IMG/VR virus record: IMGVR_UViG_3300032050_000072
Span: 1-64,000 of that record
Source: a virus
Direction: 5' to 3' (one strand)
Length of the DNA stretch: 64,000 nucleotides
Shown: positions 46,855 through 56,583 of the stretch, in pieces
How positions within the stretch are numbered: position 1 is the first letter of the stretch
Layout: each line of letters starts with the position of its first letter
Notes under the pieces: generated by a model
The model's database searches: none
Seen by the model: only the letters and a program-made list of their open reading frames with translations
What the model was told of the DNA's origin: nothing
Position numbers and translations under genes: made by a program

Positions 46855-47264
46855 TCTCGCCCGCCGAGCACGCAGCCGTAGCACATTTGCTCGTTCGCGG
46901 TCGATGGATGGGCGCGGTTGCCGCAGCCAGGGCACTTGATCCAGCGGAACTCGTCGAACGGCGGCGACGGCGGAACGTCTTCGTCCTCGTCGATCTCACT
47001 CAGGCACTTGACGCGCATCTCGATCGGCCCGCCCGCGTCAACTCGCTGCTCACCCGTGCAAATGCGATTGACCTGCCTCGGATTGAGGTCAAAGATATCG
47101 CCAAGCTCCTTGTAGCTCGGCTTGGTCGGCAAGGTGATTCTGAGCGTTCTGAGCAGCCTGATCTGGGCATTGCTCAGCTTGGCCTTGCCGTTGGTTTCTC
47201 CGGTGCGCGCGTACGATGAAACACGCCTAGCACCTAGATGCTCCGTCTTCTTCGTCCCGACCAT
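46848..47264 (-). CDS. HTH plus zinc-ribbon protein
   Basis: GETNGKAKLS..ELGDIF HTH and CPGC..CYGC. Confidence 0.6.
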   Translation of the reverse strand: MVGTKKTEHLGARRVSSYARTGETNGKAKLSNAQIRLLRTLRITLPTKPSYKELGDIFDLNPRQVNRICTGEQRVDAGGPIEMRVKCLSEIDEDEDVPPSPPFDEFRWIKCPGCGNRAHPSTANEQMCYGCVLGGREC

Positions 47265-47300
47265 CCTTGACCTCCGACTGCCACGCCGAAGGTTTCTTGA

Positions 47301-47798
47301 CTACCTAGCCGCCAAGCTCCTAGCGACCGCCACTCTGCGGGCATATTCCGCCAGCAAAATCGCGTCCGCGCGTCCGTCGTGTTTTTTCAGCCGCAGCCAT
47401 TCGGCTGAGTTCGGAAACAGCAGCTTCGCGGTTTTGATCGAAGTCTCTTTGTCAGTGTGATGAACCCTCCCAAGGATGCACTTCTTCCAGACCTCGACCT
47501 TGACCACCTGCGGGTCGATGCCGATCATCGTCAGCCCGAGCTTCCAGAATCCCTTGTTCTCGCCGAACGTGAACGCTCCTCGCCTGCCGTCGTGCGAGTA
47601 GGTGCCGACATCCTCGATCACCGCTTCGAGGTAGGCGTAGCGGCTGCCGATGCCGGTCAGAATCCTTGCGAGCTTCTCCAGGTCCGGCTGCTTGCCGTCG
47701 AGCGGGAAGTCGTGAATCTCAAGCACCGCCCGCTTGTTGACGACTGCGATCGCGCCGTACTTCCCTGGATCGACACCGGCATAGACATATTCGCTCAT
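47301..47798 (-). CDS. RuvC-like Holliday junction resolvase
   Basis: GVDPG, AVIE, AFTFG, WKK and DGRADAILLA motifs. Confidence 0.88.
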   Translation of the reverse strand: MSEYVYAGVDPGKYGAIAVVNKRAVLEIHDFPLDGKQPDLEKLARILTGIGSRYAYLEAVIEDVGTYSHDGRRGAFTFGENKGFWKLGLTMIGIDPQVVKVEVWKKCILGRVHHTDKETSIKTAKLLFPNSAEWLRLKKHDGRADAILLAEYARRVAVARSLAAR

Positions 47799-48229
47799 GC
47801 CAAGTCCCTCCAGTCGACCATTGGCTTGTGGGAATATCGCTCGGCCTGAAAGACATCCGGCAGCCCAAGCAGCGGCGGGAGTTCGCGGTGGTAGATTGCC
47901 GCCATCTTCTCGGGCTCCCATTCGTGCGGATCGGCGACGAACTTCAACCAGAGCGTATGGCCCAGCGAAAGCTTCGGCAGCACGACTCCGCGTTCACGAA
48001 TCGTCTCGCCCTCGGCCAGCCGGTGACAGCGTTCGCACAGCCGCAGTAGATTCCAAGGCTCGTCGCAGCGGTGCCGCGAGCGCTTGATAATGTGGTGAAC
48101 CTGAATCCCCGGCCACCGATCCCGCTCGGCCTTGCGGTGGTCGATCCAGCAGCAAGCACATCGCGGCGACAGGCCCGCCCAGAGCTTCATGGATTCGCCA
48201 GCGGTGAGGTCGCCCTCGGTTTCGATCAT
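47795..48229 (-). CDS. HNH nuclease
   Basis: CACC..VHHI..R..D..WNLLRLCERCH motif. Confidence 0.8.
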   Translation of the reverse strand: MIETEGDLTAGESMKLWAGLSPRCACCWIDHRKAERDRWPGIQVHHIIKRSRHRCDEPWNLLRLCERCHRLAEGETIRERGVVLPKLSLGHTLWLKFVADPHEWEPEKMAAIYHRELPPLLGLPDVFQAERYSHKPMVDWRDLA

Positions 48230-48732
48230 GTTCCGCCCTCGGCCACGATGAACTCGAACTCGATCGCGTCTTGGTCGATCCCCTGATAGCAGGTCTTGTC
48301 GATCTTCACCGCCCAGAATCCCATGCGACGCAGAAACAACTGGGCATCGAGACACGACTCCGGCACGATCGTCACGATTCGCTCGGCGTTGTCGAGAATC
48401 GCGCGAAACTTGACTTCGCGGATCAACAACTCGCCGACTCGATTGCGACGGTCTTCGGGCAGCACGGCGAACCGCAGCAAGCAGACATCGCCTTTCGACT
48501 GAGCACACAAGGCAAACCCGGCCACGTTTCGCTCGATCGCGCGCCCTAGGTGATCGACCGCGAAGCCGTAGACTCGCGGCGTCTCGAAGACGCTTTTCAT
48601 TTCCTTGCGAGACAGGGCACAGCCGGTCGGCATCGTGGCCCGCTCGATCGCCTGCACCTGTGTGAGATCGGTGTCGTACAGCTTCCGCGCGGCATACTTC
48701 GGGAAGTTGCCGACGATGAGTTCTCCAGGCAT
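48226..48732 (-). CDS. RimI-like GNAT acetyltransferase
   Basis: AVLPEDRRNRVG (motif A) and AQLFLRRMGF (motif B). Confidence 0.8.
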   Translation of the reverse strand: MPGELIVGNFPKYAARKLYDTDLTQVQAIERATMPTGCALSRKEMKSVFETPRVYGFAVDHLGRAIERNVAGFALCAQSKGDVCLLRFAVLPEDRRNRVGELLIREVKFRAILDNAERIVTIVPESCLDAQLFLRRMGFWAVKIDKTCYQGIDQDAIEFEFIVAEGGT

Positions 48733-48742
48733 GGCTCGCCCC

Positions 48743-49813
48743 TTAGCCGATAGCATTGGTGAGCCGCTCCCATAGCTCGTGGACAATTCCCCGCACTAGG
48801 TAGCGGCGATCCTCGTCGTCCAGGTTTTGCTTGGCTTCGATCAGCTTGGCAGCGCGAATGATATCGTCGCCCATGAACTCAAAGCGATCCCGCCCACACT
48901 CAGGCCCGCAGACATCCTTGCCAGATTCGGACACGCAACAAGTTGCGGGCTCAGACTCCGGTGCCGCCTCGACCACTTCCTTTGGCTTTTCGACTGCCTT
49001 CTCTGGTACAGGATACAGGGTGTCGGTTGCTTTCACCAAGTCGGTTAGCTCCTCGCGGGTGTGACCGGCAGCGATCCAATCACTGACATCACCTTTCGGT
49101 GGCAGGCCCGGCAGCCGCACGATCTTGATCGACGACGCCTTACCGACCAGTGACTCGACAATATCGCGGGCGTGTTGCTCGCCGACTGAGTAGCCGAGCT
49201 TTTCGTCGACCGGATCGTTATCGGGCAACACGACCACATGACAGCCCTTGAGAAAATCCGAGTAGCCAGCGTTCCATTTGCCAGCACCCATCGGGTTACA
49301 GGTCGCCACCAGCCCGAGCCCGACCAGCGTCTCGACATCCTTCTCGCCTTCGGGCACGAACACCACTCGCTTCTTGGCGTTAGCGATCAACTCCGGCAGC
49401 CGGTAAAGCACCCGACGACACTCACCCAGACCCCAGACCCAGCCGTCGCCTTCCGGTCGGCGCTGGCGAAACTGCTTGCCCTCTAGCCGCACGACTTGGT
49501 ACAGCAGCTTGTGCTCTTCGTCGCGGTAGTCGTATGTCTTCTCGATGTTACTGCTCATCACCGTCCTCCTTCTCGGTTTCTGACTGTCAAAAAAATCGCT
49601 CGCCTTGAGTCCAATCGCCTGAATCACCTGCTGGAACGAACACCCTCGATGGCAGCGCATTAGCAGGCGGTTATTCTTGACCGCGATCGACAAGCTCGCG
49701 TTATGCTTGCCATCGGTTTCGTGGGCCGGGCAATGGGCCTCCCACCCCCAGCGACGTTCGCGGCACTTGTGCAGCTTCTCGAATACGCCAGAGAACTGCG
49801 GCGGATAATTCAC
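48743..49813 (-). CDS. DNA primase (zinc-binding + TOPRIM)
   Basis: CPAH..SLSI..CHRGC, YDY, LYRLPE, EGEKD, PDND and KGDVSDW motifs. Confidence 0.9.
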   Translation of the reverse strand: MNYPPQFSGVFEKLHKCRERRWGWEAHCPAHETDGKHNASLSIAVKNNRLLMRCHRGCSFQQVIQAIGLKASDFFDSQKPRRRTVMSSNIEKTYDYRDEEHKLLYQVVRLEGKQFRQRRPEGDGWVWGLGECRRVLYRLPELIANAKKRVVFVPEGEKDVETLVGLGLVATCNPMGAGKWNAGYSDFLKGCHVVVLPDNDPVDEKLGYSVGEQHARDIVESLVGKASSIKIVRLPGLPPKGDVSDWIAAGHTREELTDLVKATDTLYPVPEKAVEKPKEVVEAAPESEPATCCVSESGKDVCGPECGRDRFEFMGDDIIRAAKLIEAKQNLDDEDRRYLVRGIVHELWERLTNAIG

Positions 49814-50556
49814 GCGGCAAACTCCTCTCGCATCTTCTGGCAATAGAGCGGGCTCTTGTCGATCAGCACGCAATGCCGACCAATTCTGCGGCATACCCGG
49901 CCTGTGGTTCCGGTGCCAGCAAACGGATCGACGACCAGATCGCCGGGCTGCGTGCAACTCAGAACGCACCGCTCGACCAAGCCCTCGTTGAGTTGGGTCT
50001 TGTGCCAGCTTCGGCGTTGCTTGCTGTTGCCTGTCACGCGCGGGAAGTCAAAGACATCGCCCGGCACCCGGCCACGCGGATCAGCCCGCTTGTCGCCGTT
50101 GAGTTGCCGCCAGCTTGGCACGCGAATGTTGTCGGCCAGCGTCTTGATCTTTGGGTCGCGGATTCGCCAGAGCGGTCGATGGTTGTTGCCGAAGTCGTGG
50201 TGATTGTGCTGACCAAAGGTGAACGTCTGCACCATCGGCGTGACCCATTCTCGGTCGTACATTTTGAAAAGACTGCTCGCAAACCCGAGCACCCATCGCG
50301 AGTTGAACGACAGCCAGAGCGTTTCGCATCGCACCGAAGCCACACCGACGAACTCGATCAACCAGTCGAGATACTCGCCATCGCTCATATTGTCTTCGTG
50401 GTTGTCGTACTCCAGGCCGATGTTGTCCGGTGGATCGGCAAAGATGCACTTGATCGGCGGCAGGCCCGCTGCTCTACGTCCGCTCGCCACGGAGCCCACA
50501 AGCTCGATCGCATCGCCACAAAGCACGGTGGGCGTTAAGGTCGCGGTGATGGTCAT
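49810..50556 (-). CDS. N6-A/N4-C DNA methyltransferase (beta class) with variant DPPD motif
   Basis: ADPPDN and VVDPFAGTGTT motifs. Confidence 0.85.
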   Translation of the reverse strand: MTITATLTPTVLCGDAIELVGSVASGRRAAGLPPIKCIFADPPDNIGLEYDNHEDNMSDGEYLDWLIEFVGVASVRCETLWLSFNSRWVLGFASSLFKMYDREWVTPMVQTFTFGQHNHHDFGNNHRPLWRIRDPKIKTLADNIRVPSWRQLNGDKRADPRGRVPGDVFDFPRVTGNSKQRRSWHKTQLNEGLVERCVLSCTQPGDLVVDPFAGTGTTGRVCRRIGRHCVLIDKSPLYCQKMREEFAA

Positions 50557-50558
50557 GT

Positions 50559-50852
50559 CTATCGCTCCAGTAGTTTGAACGTCTTGACCTCTTCAAAGCC
50601 GCGACCATCATCGGTGTGCAGCTTGCGGCAGTTCCTCGTCTCCGACTCAATCGCCTGCTCGCGCTGCTTCGCGGTGTGATACCATCGCGTATAGCTGAAC
50701 GGCTTGCCGGTGGACCATGTTGCCCGCAGCTTGAACGTCAATGTGACCTCGACCCCAAATCGTCGCCTGCCGTCACGCCTGCTATCTCGTTTGAGTCCCC
50801 TCGCCGGATCATCACCACCGCGAACTTGACTTCGCTTCTTCGTTGGTTTCAT
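50559..50852 (-). CDS. Basic hypothetical protein
   Basis: ATG at 50852; WYHTAKQREQA. Confidence 0.5.
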   Translation of the reverse strand: MKPTKKRSQVRGGDDPARGLKRDSRRDGRRRFGVEVTLTFKLRATWSTGKPFSYTRWYHTAKQREQAIESETRNCRKLHTDDGRGFEEVKTFKLLER

Positions 50853-51189
50853 GGGCTTCGTCCTGCGTGATTCCAGTTTCCAGTTGGATGGGAGCGTAGT
50901 GCGGCCTTGGACGGAGGCCCGAAGGTCGCATTGAAGCGATACCTTTGCCGGGCTAGCCAAACCTCTTTGCCGATTTCAGGTCTGGTCTATGGATCGGTCA
51001 CTCGTACGTCGGCGATTTCAACCAACTCAGCCAGCCCATGTGTCGATCGGCTAACCAAATCGAAGGTAAGGCGCGCTACAGCGAAACCCTTCGACGAATC
51101 CGTCCCTTTTGTGACTCAGCTTTATCGGGCTTCCGCCGCTGCTGGTACTGAGTCCGTTGAACCATTTGCCATCTGGGGCTAGTCGTCAA

Positions 51190-51242
51190 TGATGGCAACG
51201 GGAGTCGAACCCGCCAGCGCTCCCAAGCGAGCGTCGCCACCA
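51190..51242 (-). ncRNA. Mini tRNA-like element lacking a D-arm
   Basis: 8-bp acceptor-like stem, one short hairpin and a canonical T-arm GCGGG-TTCGACT-CCCGT. Confidence 0.45.
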
Positions 51243-51260
51243 GCCGCAACAAGTTGCGGA

Positions 51261-51581
51261 CTAAAAATTTGCCGCAGTCTCATTCTCGACGACTGCACTT
51301 GCCGCCTCGAATGGCAGTTCCTTCTGACCATCCAACGGCTCCACTCGCGGCACGCCGTCAACCATTCGCTCGACGGCTTCTAGCACCGCCGTGATTGCCT
51401 GCGAAGCCTCCGATGCGTCTTCGCCGATCTGGTCAACGTCGTACATGGCACCGCCGATCGCCGACAGTATTTCCCTGGCTCGGAGGAGAACGTCGACATC
51501 CCGCTTGCCGAGCTTGAGTCGCGGCTTCCTTCCACCGCCAATTAGAATCTGCATGATAAATGCTCCAGTGAATTGAGTCAC
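51261..51581 (-). CDS. Hypothetical protein
   Basis: About 100 aa; GGAG RBS lies before the ATG of MQILIG. Confidence 0.55.
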   Translation of the reverse strand: MTQFTGAFIMQILIGGGRKPRLKLGKRDVDVLLRAREILSAIGGAMYDVDQIGEDASEASQAITAVLEAVERMVDGVPRVEPLDGQKELPFEAASAVVENETAANF

Positions 51582-51612
51582 ATCAATCTATCACAACGAT
51601 ACACGTAAGACG

Positions 51613-53013
51613 CTAAGCGTCAACGGATAATTTGCGAAGATTCTGATTTAGGTGCGGCCATTCGTGGTAGCTGTGAATGGAGGCGAAGACGCCCCAGCAA
51701 GCGTGACCCAAATGGTCTTCGCTTCGGTCGCCGCCGAGCCACAAGAACAGGTGCCGAATCGCGTGATTGAGTAAGTCGCTGACAGGAAATCCACGTAACC
51801 AATTATGGTCACTATATTTGTCGGCTCCTTCCTTGTAGACCGCCGCCAATCGCTCCATGCCACGGAACGGCAGCCCGTCACCACAGAACTCGCCGCCTTC
51901 AATCTCGTTGATCGCATCGAGCAGGCAGTATGCCGCACGCTCTAGCTGGCCCGAATCCCATTGACCATAAGACGCCAGTAGCATTGCGTCGCACGCCGTC
52001 TCGACAAGCTCGCTCGCTTTCTTGGCGACATCGACGAAACGCCGTTGGTGCTTGCGGATTTCACGCAAGGCGACCGGCGTGATGAGATCAAATCGCACGC
52101 CATCGGCGTCCGTGCTGCGCGTGGCTCCGGTTTCGTGCGTGCGACGGTCGGCCTCTGGCTTTGGCGATGTTTCGATCGTTCCAGATTGGCACGGCTCACC
52201 CGGTATTCCGCTGAGAGTCTCGAACTCGCGAGTATCCAGACGGCCTTCCCATGAATCGACAGCCACACCTGGACCGATCACCGCGACAGCGTGAGCCCAG
52301 CCGCTCGCCTCCGCAACTTGTTGCGGTGTCATGTCGACCGGCTTTAGCTGCGGCTTGATGGCGGCACTGAGTTCGCAGAAGACCTCCAGAAATAACTGCT
52401 CGGCGTCTTCCCACTCCAGACATTGCAGCGGCTCCCAGCCGCCAGCGAGCAGATCGCTCGTGCCGTTCCAGGCCCACGTTTCGCCACGGTCGGCCATGAT
52501 GCACTTCGACTCGTAGCGAGTCACATCGTTGTCGGCCTGCTTGACGAAGCCAGCCACTTGAACATTGTCGGTCAACTCGCCGACTCCGGTGTGCTCGTCA
52601 ATCAACCGCTGCACCTTGCGGTCGAGTTCATCCAAGAACCGATAGCAATCTGGGAATCGCCTCTGGAGCATACGCTTGCGCGGTCGAATCATGTCTTGGT
52701 TGTAGGCTTCGTGGCCGTCGTGCATCAAAGCGAGCATCGCGATCCCATTGAGCGGAACCTCGCCACTGATGCCAGCCGACTTGGCAATCTCGACCGCCCG
52801 CTTGCTGACCAGCACGCTATGCTGGGCATTGGAATAGAACACCTGGCAAGCCCCGTTGTAGCGACAGGTCAAGGCTAGAGCGTGAGCAATGTGCTCGATA
52901 TCCACATCGTCGATCGTCATCTTGGTCGGCGTCACGAGCGGACCTTTGTAGGTCACTGTGCCACCGTCTTCGCTCACCAAGCCGTCAATCGTTTCATCTG
53001 CTTTGCGAATCAT
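51613..53013 (-). CDS. HD-domain deoxynucleotidase fused to a DUF5664-like (dATP/dGTP diphosphohydrolase) domain
   Basis: IAHALA..RYNG..YSNAQHS..LMHDGHEAY..D (YfbR-like); TGATR..RFDLI and GADKY..HNW.RG..RHL..EDHLGHA. Confidence 0.8.
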   Translation of the reverse strand: MIRKADETIDGLVSEDGGTVTYKGPLVTPTKMTIDDVDIEHIAHALALTCRYNGACQVFYSNAQHSVLVSKRAVEIAKSAGISGEVPLNGIAMLALMHDGHEAYNQDMIRPRKRMLQRRFPDCYRFLDELDRKVQRLIDEHTGVGELTDNVQVAGFVKQADNDVTRYESKCIMADRGETWAWNGTSDLLAGGWEPLQCLEWEDAEQLFLEVFCELSAAIKPQLKPVDMTPQQVAEASGWAHAVAVIGPGVAVDSWEGRLDTREFETLSGIPGEPCQSGTIETSPKPEADRRTHETGATRSTDADGVRFDLITPVALREIRKHQRRFVDVAKKASELVETACDAMLLASYGQWDSGQLERAAYCLLDAINEIEGGEFCGDGLPFRGMERLAAVYKEGADKYSDHNWLRGFPVSDLLNHAIRHLFLWLGGDRSEDHLGHACWGVFASIHSYHEWPHLNQNLRKLSVDA

Positions 53014-53027
53014 AATAACCTCGCGAG

Positions 53028-54689
53028 TTATGTTGCCGTCGCCGACACTCGGCGACTAATCCTAGGATTGATCTCGTCCGTGATCCGCTTTGCCGCCTCG
53101 GCCTTGGTGACATTGGTGTCGTAGCCGTAGGCAGCGAGCAGCTTGGCTTGCTGCGCGGTGCATAGACCAGCCGACTGACGGCGTTTTAGCTCGTCGATCA
53201 GCTTGGTTGCTTTGTGGAGCGAAAGCGTCTCGGGATTGCGGACCCCGTTGCTTCGCAGGTAGGCTCGCTGCCTTTCGGTCGATGGCTTGCCGCGCAAGTA
53301 GCCCGGCTCGCGGCCTGCCCGAATGTCGAACAGGTCAAACGGACTGACATCGCGAACGAAGTAGCTGGCCTGGGCGATCAGCTTGGCCCGCTCCTCGCGG
53401 CGACGTTCCGCCATTTGCTCCTCGACCCACTTCATCGCCTCAAGTACATCGGTGTCGACGCCCTTGGCGGCACGCTCGCGAATTTTCTTCTCGGCTTCTT
53501 CGACGATCTCGTCGGAGTATTTGCCGCCGAGAACATCGCTGGCGTGAATCAGCTTGTGCCTACCCGAGTTGCCGACGAAATCCACGATCACGCAGTCCGG
53601 CTTGCTTGAGCGAGCGATCGCCGCTCTGCGAGCATCGGCGCTGTCGTGGTGGTCGTCGATTCGAGCTTCGGGCAGCGGTCGTGTGCCTCGGCCAGCAATC
53701 TGGGCATACAGGCTGCGGCTCTTGGTTGGTCGAGCCATGATGATATTGCGGACGTTCGGCAGATCGGTCCCCTCGGTCAGCACGGCACAGTTGACGATCA
53801 CCTGAATCCGGCCATCCTTGAACTGCCGCAGATAATGTCGCCGCTTTTCCTTCTCGGTTTCGCCGTCGATCGCAACTGCCATGCCTTGTCGATGACGGTT
53901 GAAAATGTCAGCCATCTGGTGAGCGTGCGAAACACCAGCCGCAAAGACCAGCGTCGGCTGGTCGCCTATCAATTCGATCGACGGCGACACGACCTTGTGC
54001 AGCATTGACTCTTCGGTCATCACCGCTTCAAGCTCGGCAGCATTAAGATCGCCACCAGTCGTCTTGACTCGCGACAGGTCTAGATCACCAACCGTCACCA
54101 ATCGCTGCCGCACCGGCACCAGCCAGCCGCCCTCGATTGCATCTTGAACGCCGAACTCAAACGCCACTGAATCGAACGTCTCGCCGAGCGCCATTTCGTC
54201 GGCCCGATCCGGCGTTGCAGTGATCCCGAAAATCTTGAGGCTTGGATTCTGCGTGAAGTGCCGAACGATACTCATGTAGCTCTTAGCACACCCCGCTGCG
54301 TGATGGGCTTCGTCTATGATAAGAAGCCCATAGTCCGCTGGATCGTGTTTCATCAACCTGCGACTTTGGCAAAGCGACTGCACGCTCGCGACAATCCCCG
54401 GCGAACGAAACATGCCACCGCCACTTGCCGCGCTATACTCTGCCATTTCAACCTCAAAGCTCGCCCCGCTCATTTCGTCGAGACGTTGCTTACTCTGCAT
54501 CACGAGTTCTTCGCGGTGAGCAATCATGCAGACCCGACCACGATTCAGCGCAAGCCATTTTCTGACGATCTCTCCTGCTATTGCGGTCTTGCCAGTTCCG
54601 GTCGCGCTGACTGCAAGTGTAGAACGCTGCGTTTCGAACTCGCGAAACACGCTCTCAATACATTCTGTTTGATAGGGGCGTATCTTCAT
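53028..54689 (-). CDS. Superfamily 2 DEAH helicase
   Basis: RPYQ, TGTGKT, DEAHH, TATP, LTEGTD and QIAGRGTR motifs. Confidence 0.95.
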   Translation of the reverse strand: MKIRPYQTECIESVFREFETQRSTLAVSATGTGKTAIAGEIVRKWLALNRGRVCMIAHREELVMQSKQRLDEMSGASFEVEMAEYSAASGGGMFRSPGIVASVQSLCQSRRLMKHDPADYGLLIIDEAHHAAGCAKSYMSIVRHFTQNPSLKIFGITATPDRADEMALGETFDSVAFEFGVQDAIEGGWLVPVRQRLVTVGDLDLSRVKTTGGDLNAAELEAVMTEESMLHKVVSPSIELIGDQPTLVFAAGVSHAHQMADIFNRHRQGMAVAIDGETEKEKRRHYLRQFKDGRIQVIVNCAVLTEGTDLPNVRNIIMARPTKSRSLYAQIAGRGTRPLPEARIDDHHDSADARRAAIARSSKPDCVIVDFVGNSGRHKLIHASDVLGGKYSDEIVEEAEKKIRERAAKGVDTDVLEAMKWVEEQMAERRREERAKLIAQASYFVRDVSPFDLFDIRAGREPGYLRGKPSTERQRAYLRSNGVRNPETLSLHKATKLIDELKRRQSAGLCTAQQAKLLAAYGYDTNVTKAEAAKRITDEINPRISRRVSATAT

Positions 54690-54790
54690 CGCGTCACCTG
54701 AGTGGAATAAATAACCCGGCTTGAGCTACCGGGCGGGAGCGATTCGGGAGGAGCGAATCGACAAGCGTGGATCACGCAACTTGTTGCGGA

Positions 54791-55744
54791 CTAGAACGCG
54801 GCTGCCGGATTCGACCAGCGTTCGCGATCCTCTTCGCTGGCGAGATCGAACACGCCACGCGGAATCCAGCCCATGCCACGGCATTGATTGCAGCAGTCGC
54901 CGTTGCAATGCGGGCAGACGGTGTACGGTGCCATCGTCTTGAGTTCTTTCTCAAGGCTCTTGCTCGCGGCGTTCATTTCCGGCAAAGCTCGCTCCAGGTA
55001 AGCACCGGCAGCGGTATCGCAGAGAACCTTCACTCGCTTGCGGAAATCACGCTGCAAGGCACACAGAGCGTCGAACTCTTTGAGCATGTCCCAGCACTCG
55101 CGCAAGTCGGCTGGAATTTCGTGGCCGAGTTCGTCGGTCGTGATCTCGTCCTGCTCGTCTTCATCGGGAACGCCCGGCGCGTCGTCGCTTTCCTTGCCGC
55201 CCATCAAGTCATCGCCAAGCTCGTCGATGATCGTTCGCAGCTTCACATCGCCGTTGACGACTTTCTTGAACAGGTCCGGCCTTTCGACTCGCAGCTTGTC
55301 AGCGAATCGCAGGTAGCGGCGATTGGTGCCGATCTGCTTGGCGAGATCGTCAAGCTCCTCGTCAACCGGCTTCGGCTTCGGCGTTGGTTCCCCTGGCTTG
55401 GCTGGTTTTGCTTCCTTCTCGGCAGCGTCACGCAGTCGTCGCTGAATTGACATCGCTTGGCAAGCCACGGCAGCGCGCTGACTGCTCGATAGATGCCTGC
55501 GGCTAGCGTTGAGCGACATCACGAACGACACGATCTGATCTTCGGTCCCGGTGTATTCTTGAGTTGGGCACTCGATCCCAAGCTCCTGGCAGCAAATGAA
55601 ACGGTGCCTGCCGTCGATGACCTGATCCTTCCAGACCCAGACCGGAATCCGCACGCCGTTCTGGCGAATGTCTTCGAGCATGGCCCGCTTTTCGTCGGGG
55701 TCCATTTCTGGGAATAGCGTGCAAACCTCATGAAACTTCAACAT
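54791..55744 (-). CDS. ParB-N domain protein with HTH
   Basis: DIRQNG..P..IDGRHR, SLN..RRHL...QRA, LAKQIGTNRRY HTH and C-terminal CPHC..CNQC. Confidence 0.8.
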   Translation of the reverse strand: MLKFHEVCTLFPEMDPDEKRAMLEDIRQNGVRIPVWVWKDQVIDGRHRFICCQELGIECPTQEYTGTEDQIVSFVMSLNASRRHLSSSQRAAVACQAMSIQRRLRDAAEKEAKPAKPGEPTPKPKPVDEELDDLAKQIGTNRRYLRFADKLRVERPDLFKKVVNGDVKLRTIIDELGDDLMGGKESDDAPGVPDEDEQDEITTDELGHEIPADLRECWDMLKEFDALCALQRDFRKRVKVLCDTAAGAYLERALPEMNAASKSLEKELKTMAPYTVCPHCNGDCCNQCRGMGWIPRGVFDLASEEDRERWSNPAAAF

Positions 55745-55764
55745 AAAGACTCCTCCAAAAAAAA

Positions 55765-56583
55765 TTACTTGCCTGCGTTCAATTCCACCGAACGCACTGA
55801 GATCATTTCGCCTAATTGTTCCAACTCTGGCCCTGAGAAGCCGTAGGTGGACTTCGCAAACTCATTGCCAAGCTGAGCCAGCTTCGCCAGATCGGCAGCC
55901 CTGGCGATCGCCGCCTCGGCCCGCTTGAGTAGCATTTGCTTGTTGCTCTTGGCTTGATCGGCGCTCTGCGGCCTCGCCGGATTCGACATTGCCTGGGTGG
56001 CATTGCGTCGGCCAGCACCAGCAGCGCCCGCTGGCCTGCGGTCGGACGGCTTTCGCTCCGGCACGCGGTCGTCGTGGTCGCTGTCGTCCATGTCGCCCTC
56101 TTCGACCGGGATGCACAGCCCGAGCGTCATGGCATACTTGTAGGCAACGCTGTGGGCCTTGTTCGCCGCCTTGTCGCCGTTGTGATCGCAGGCCGAACCG
56201 AACGCCTCGAAGCTGACATTCGATCCGTCTGGCGCGTAGAGCGTGACCCGCAGGTGAATCTTGGCGAAGATTACCCAGCGGAACTTGGCTTTCAGACGCA
56301 GCCATTCATCCAGCTTTGCCAGTCGAGGGTCTTCGGTCGCCACAAGGTCTTCGGTCGCGGAGACGATCGCAGTCGAGAGTGTGATGCCGCACTTGGTCAG
56401 CGCCGGACCCACGGCATTGAGAATGTCGTCGATCCCTCGGAAGCGATAACCCTGGCTGTCGTTTTTCTTGGCTTTGACGATCGCGCCGATCTCGGCCCGC
56501 ACCATCGGAACCAGCCGGAAGATTTCAGGCCCGCAACTTGTTGCCGCTGGCTCCGGCGTCTCTTCTGCATTTTCACGGATCAC
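55765..56583 (-). CDS. ERF-family single-strand annealing protein
   Basis: QGYRFRGIDD and D..DKA..KA.SVAYKYA motifs. Confidence 0.85.
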   Translation of the reverse strand: MIRENAEETPEPAATSCGPEIFRLVPMVRAEIGAIVKAKKNDSQGYRFRGIDDILNAVGPALTKCGITLSTAIVSATEDLVATEDPRLAKLDEWLRLKAKFRWVIFAKIHLRVTLYAPDGSNVSFEAFGSACDHNGDKAANKAHSVAYKYAMTLGLCIPVEEGDMDDSDHDDRVPERKPSDRRPAGAAGAGRRNATQAMSNPARPQSADQAKSNKQMLLKRAEAAIARAADLAKLAQLGNEFAKSTYGFSGPELEQLGEMISVRSVELNAGK

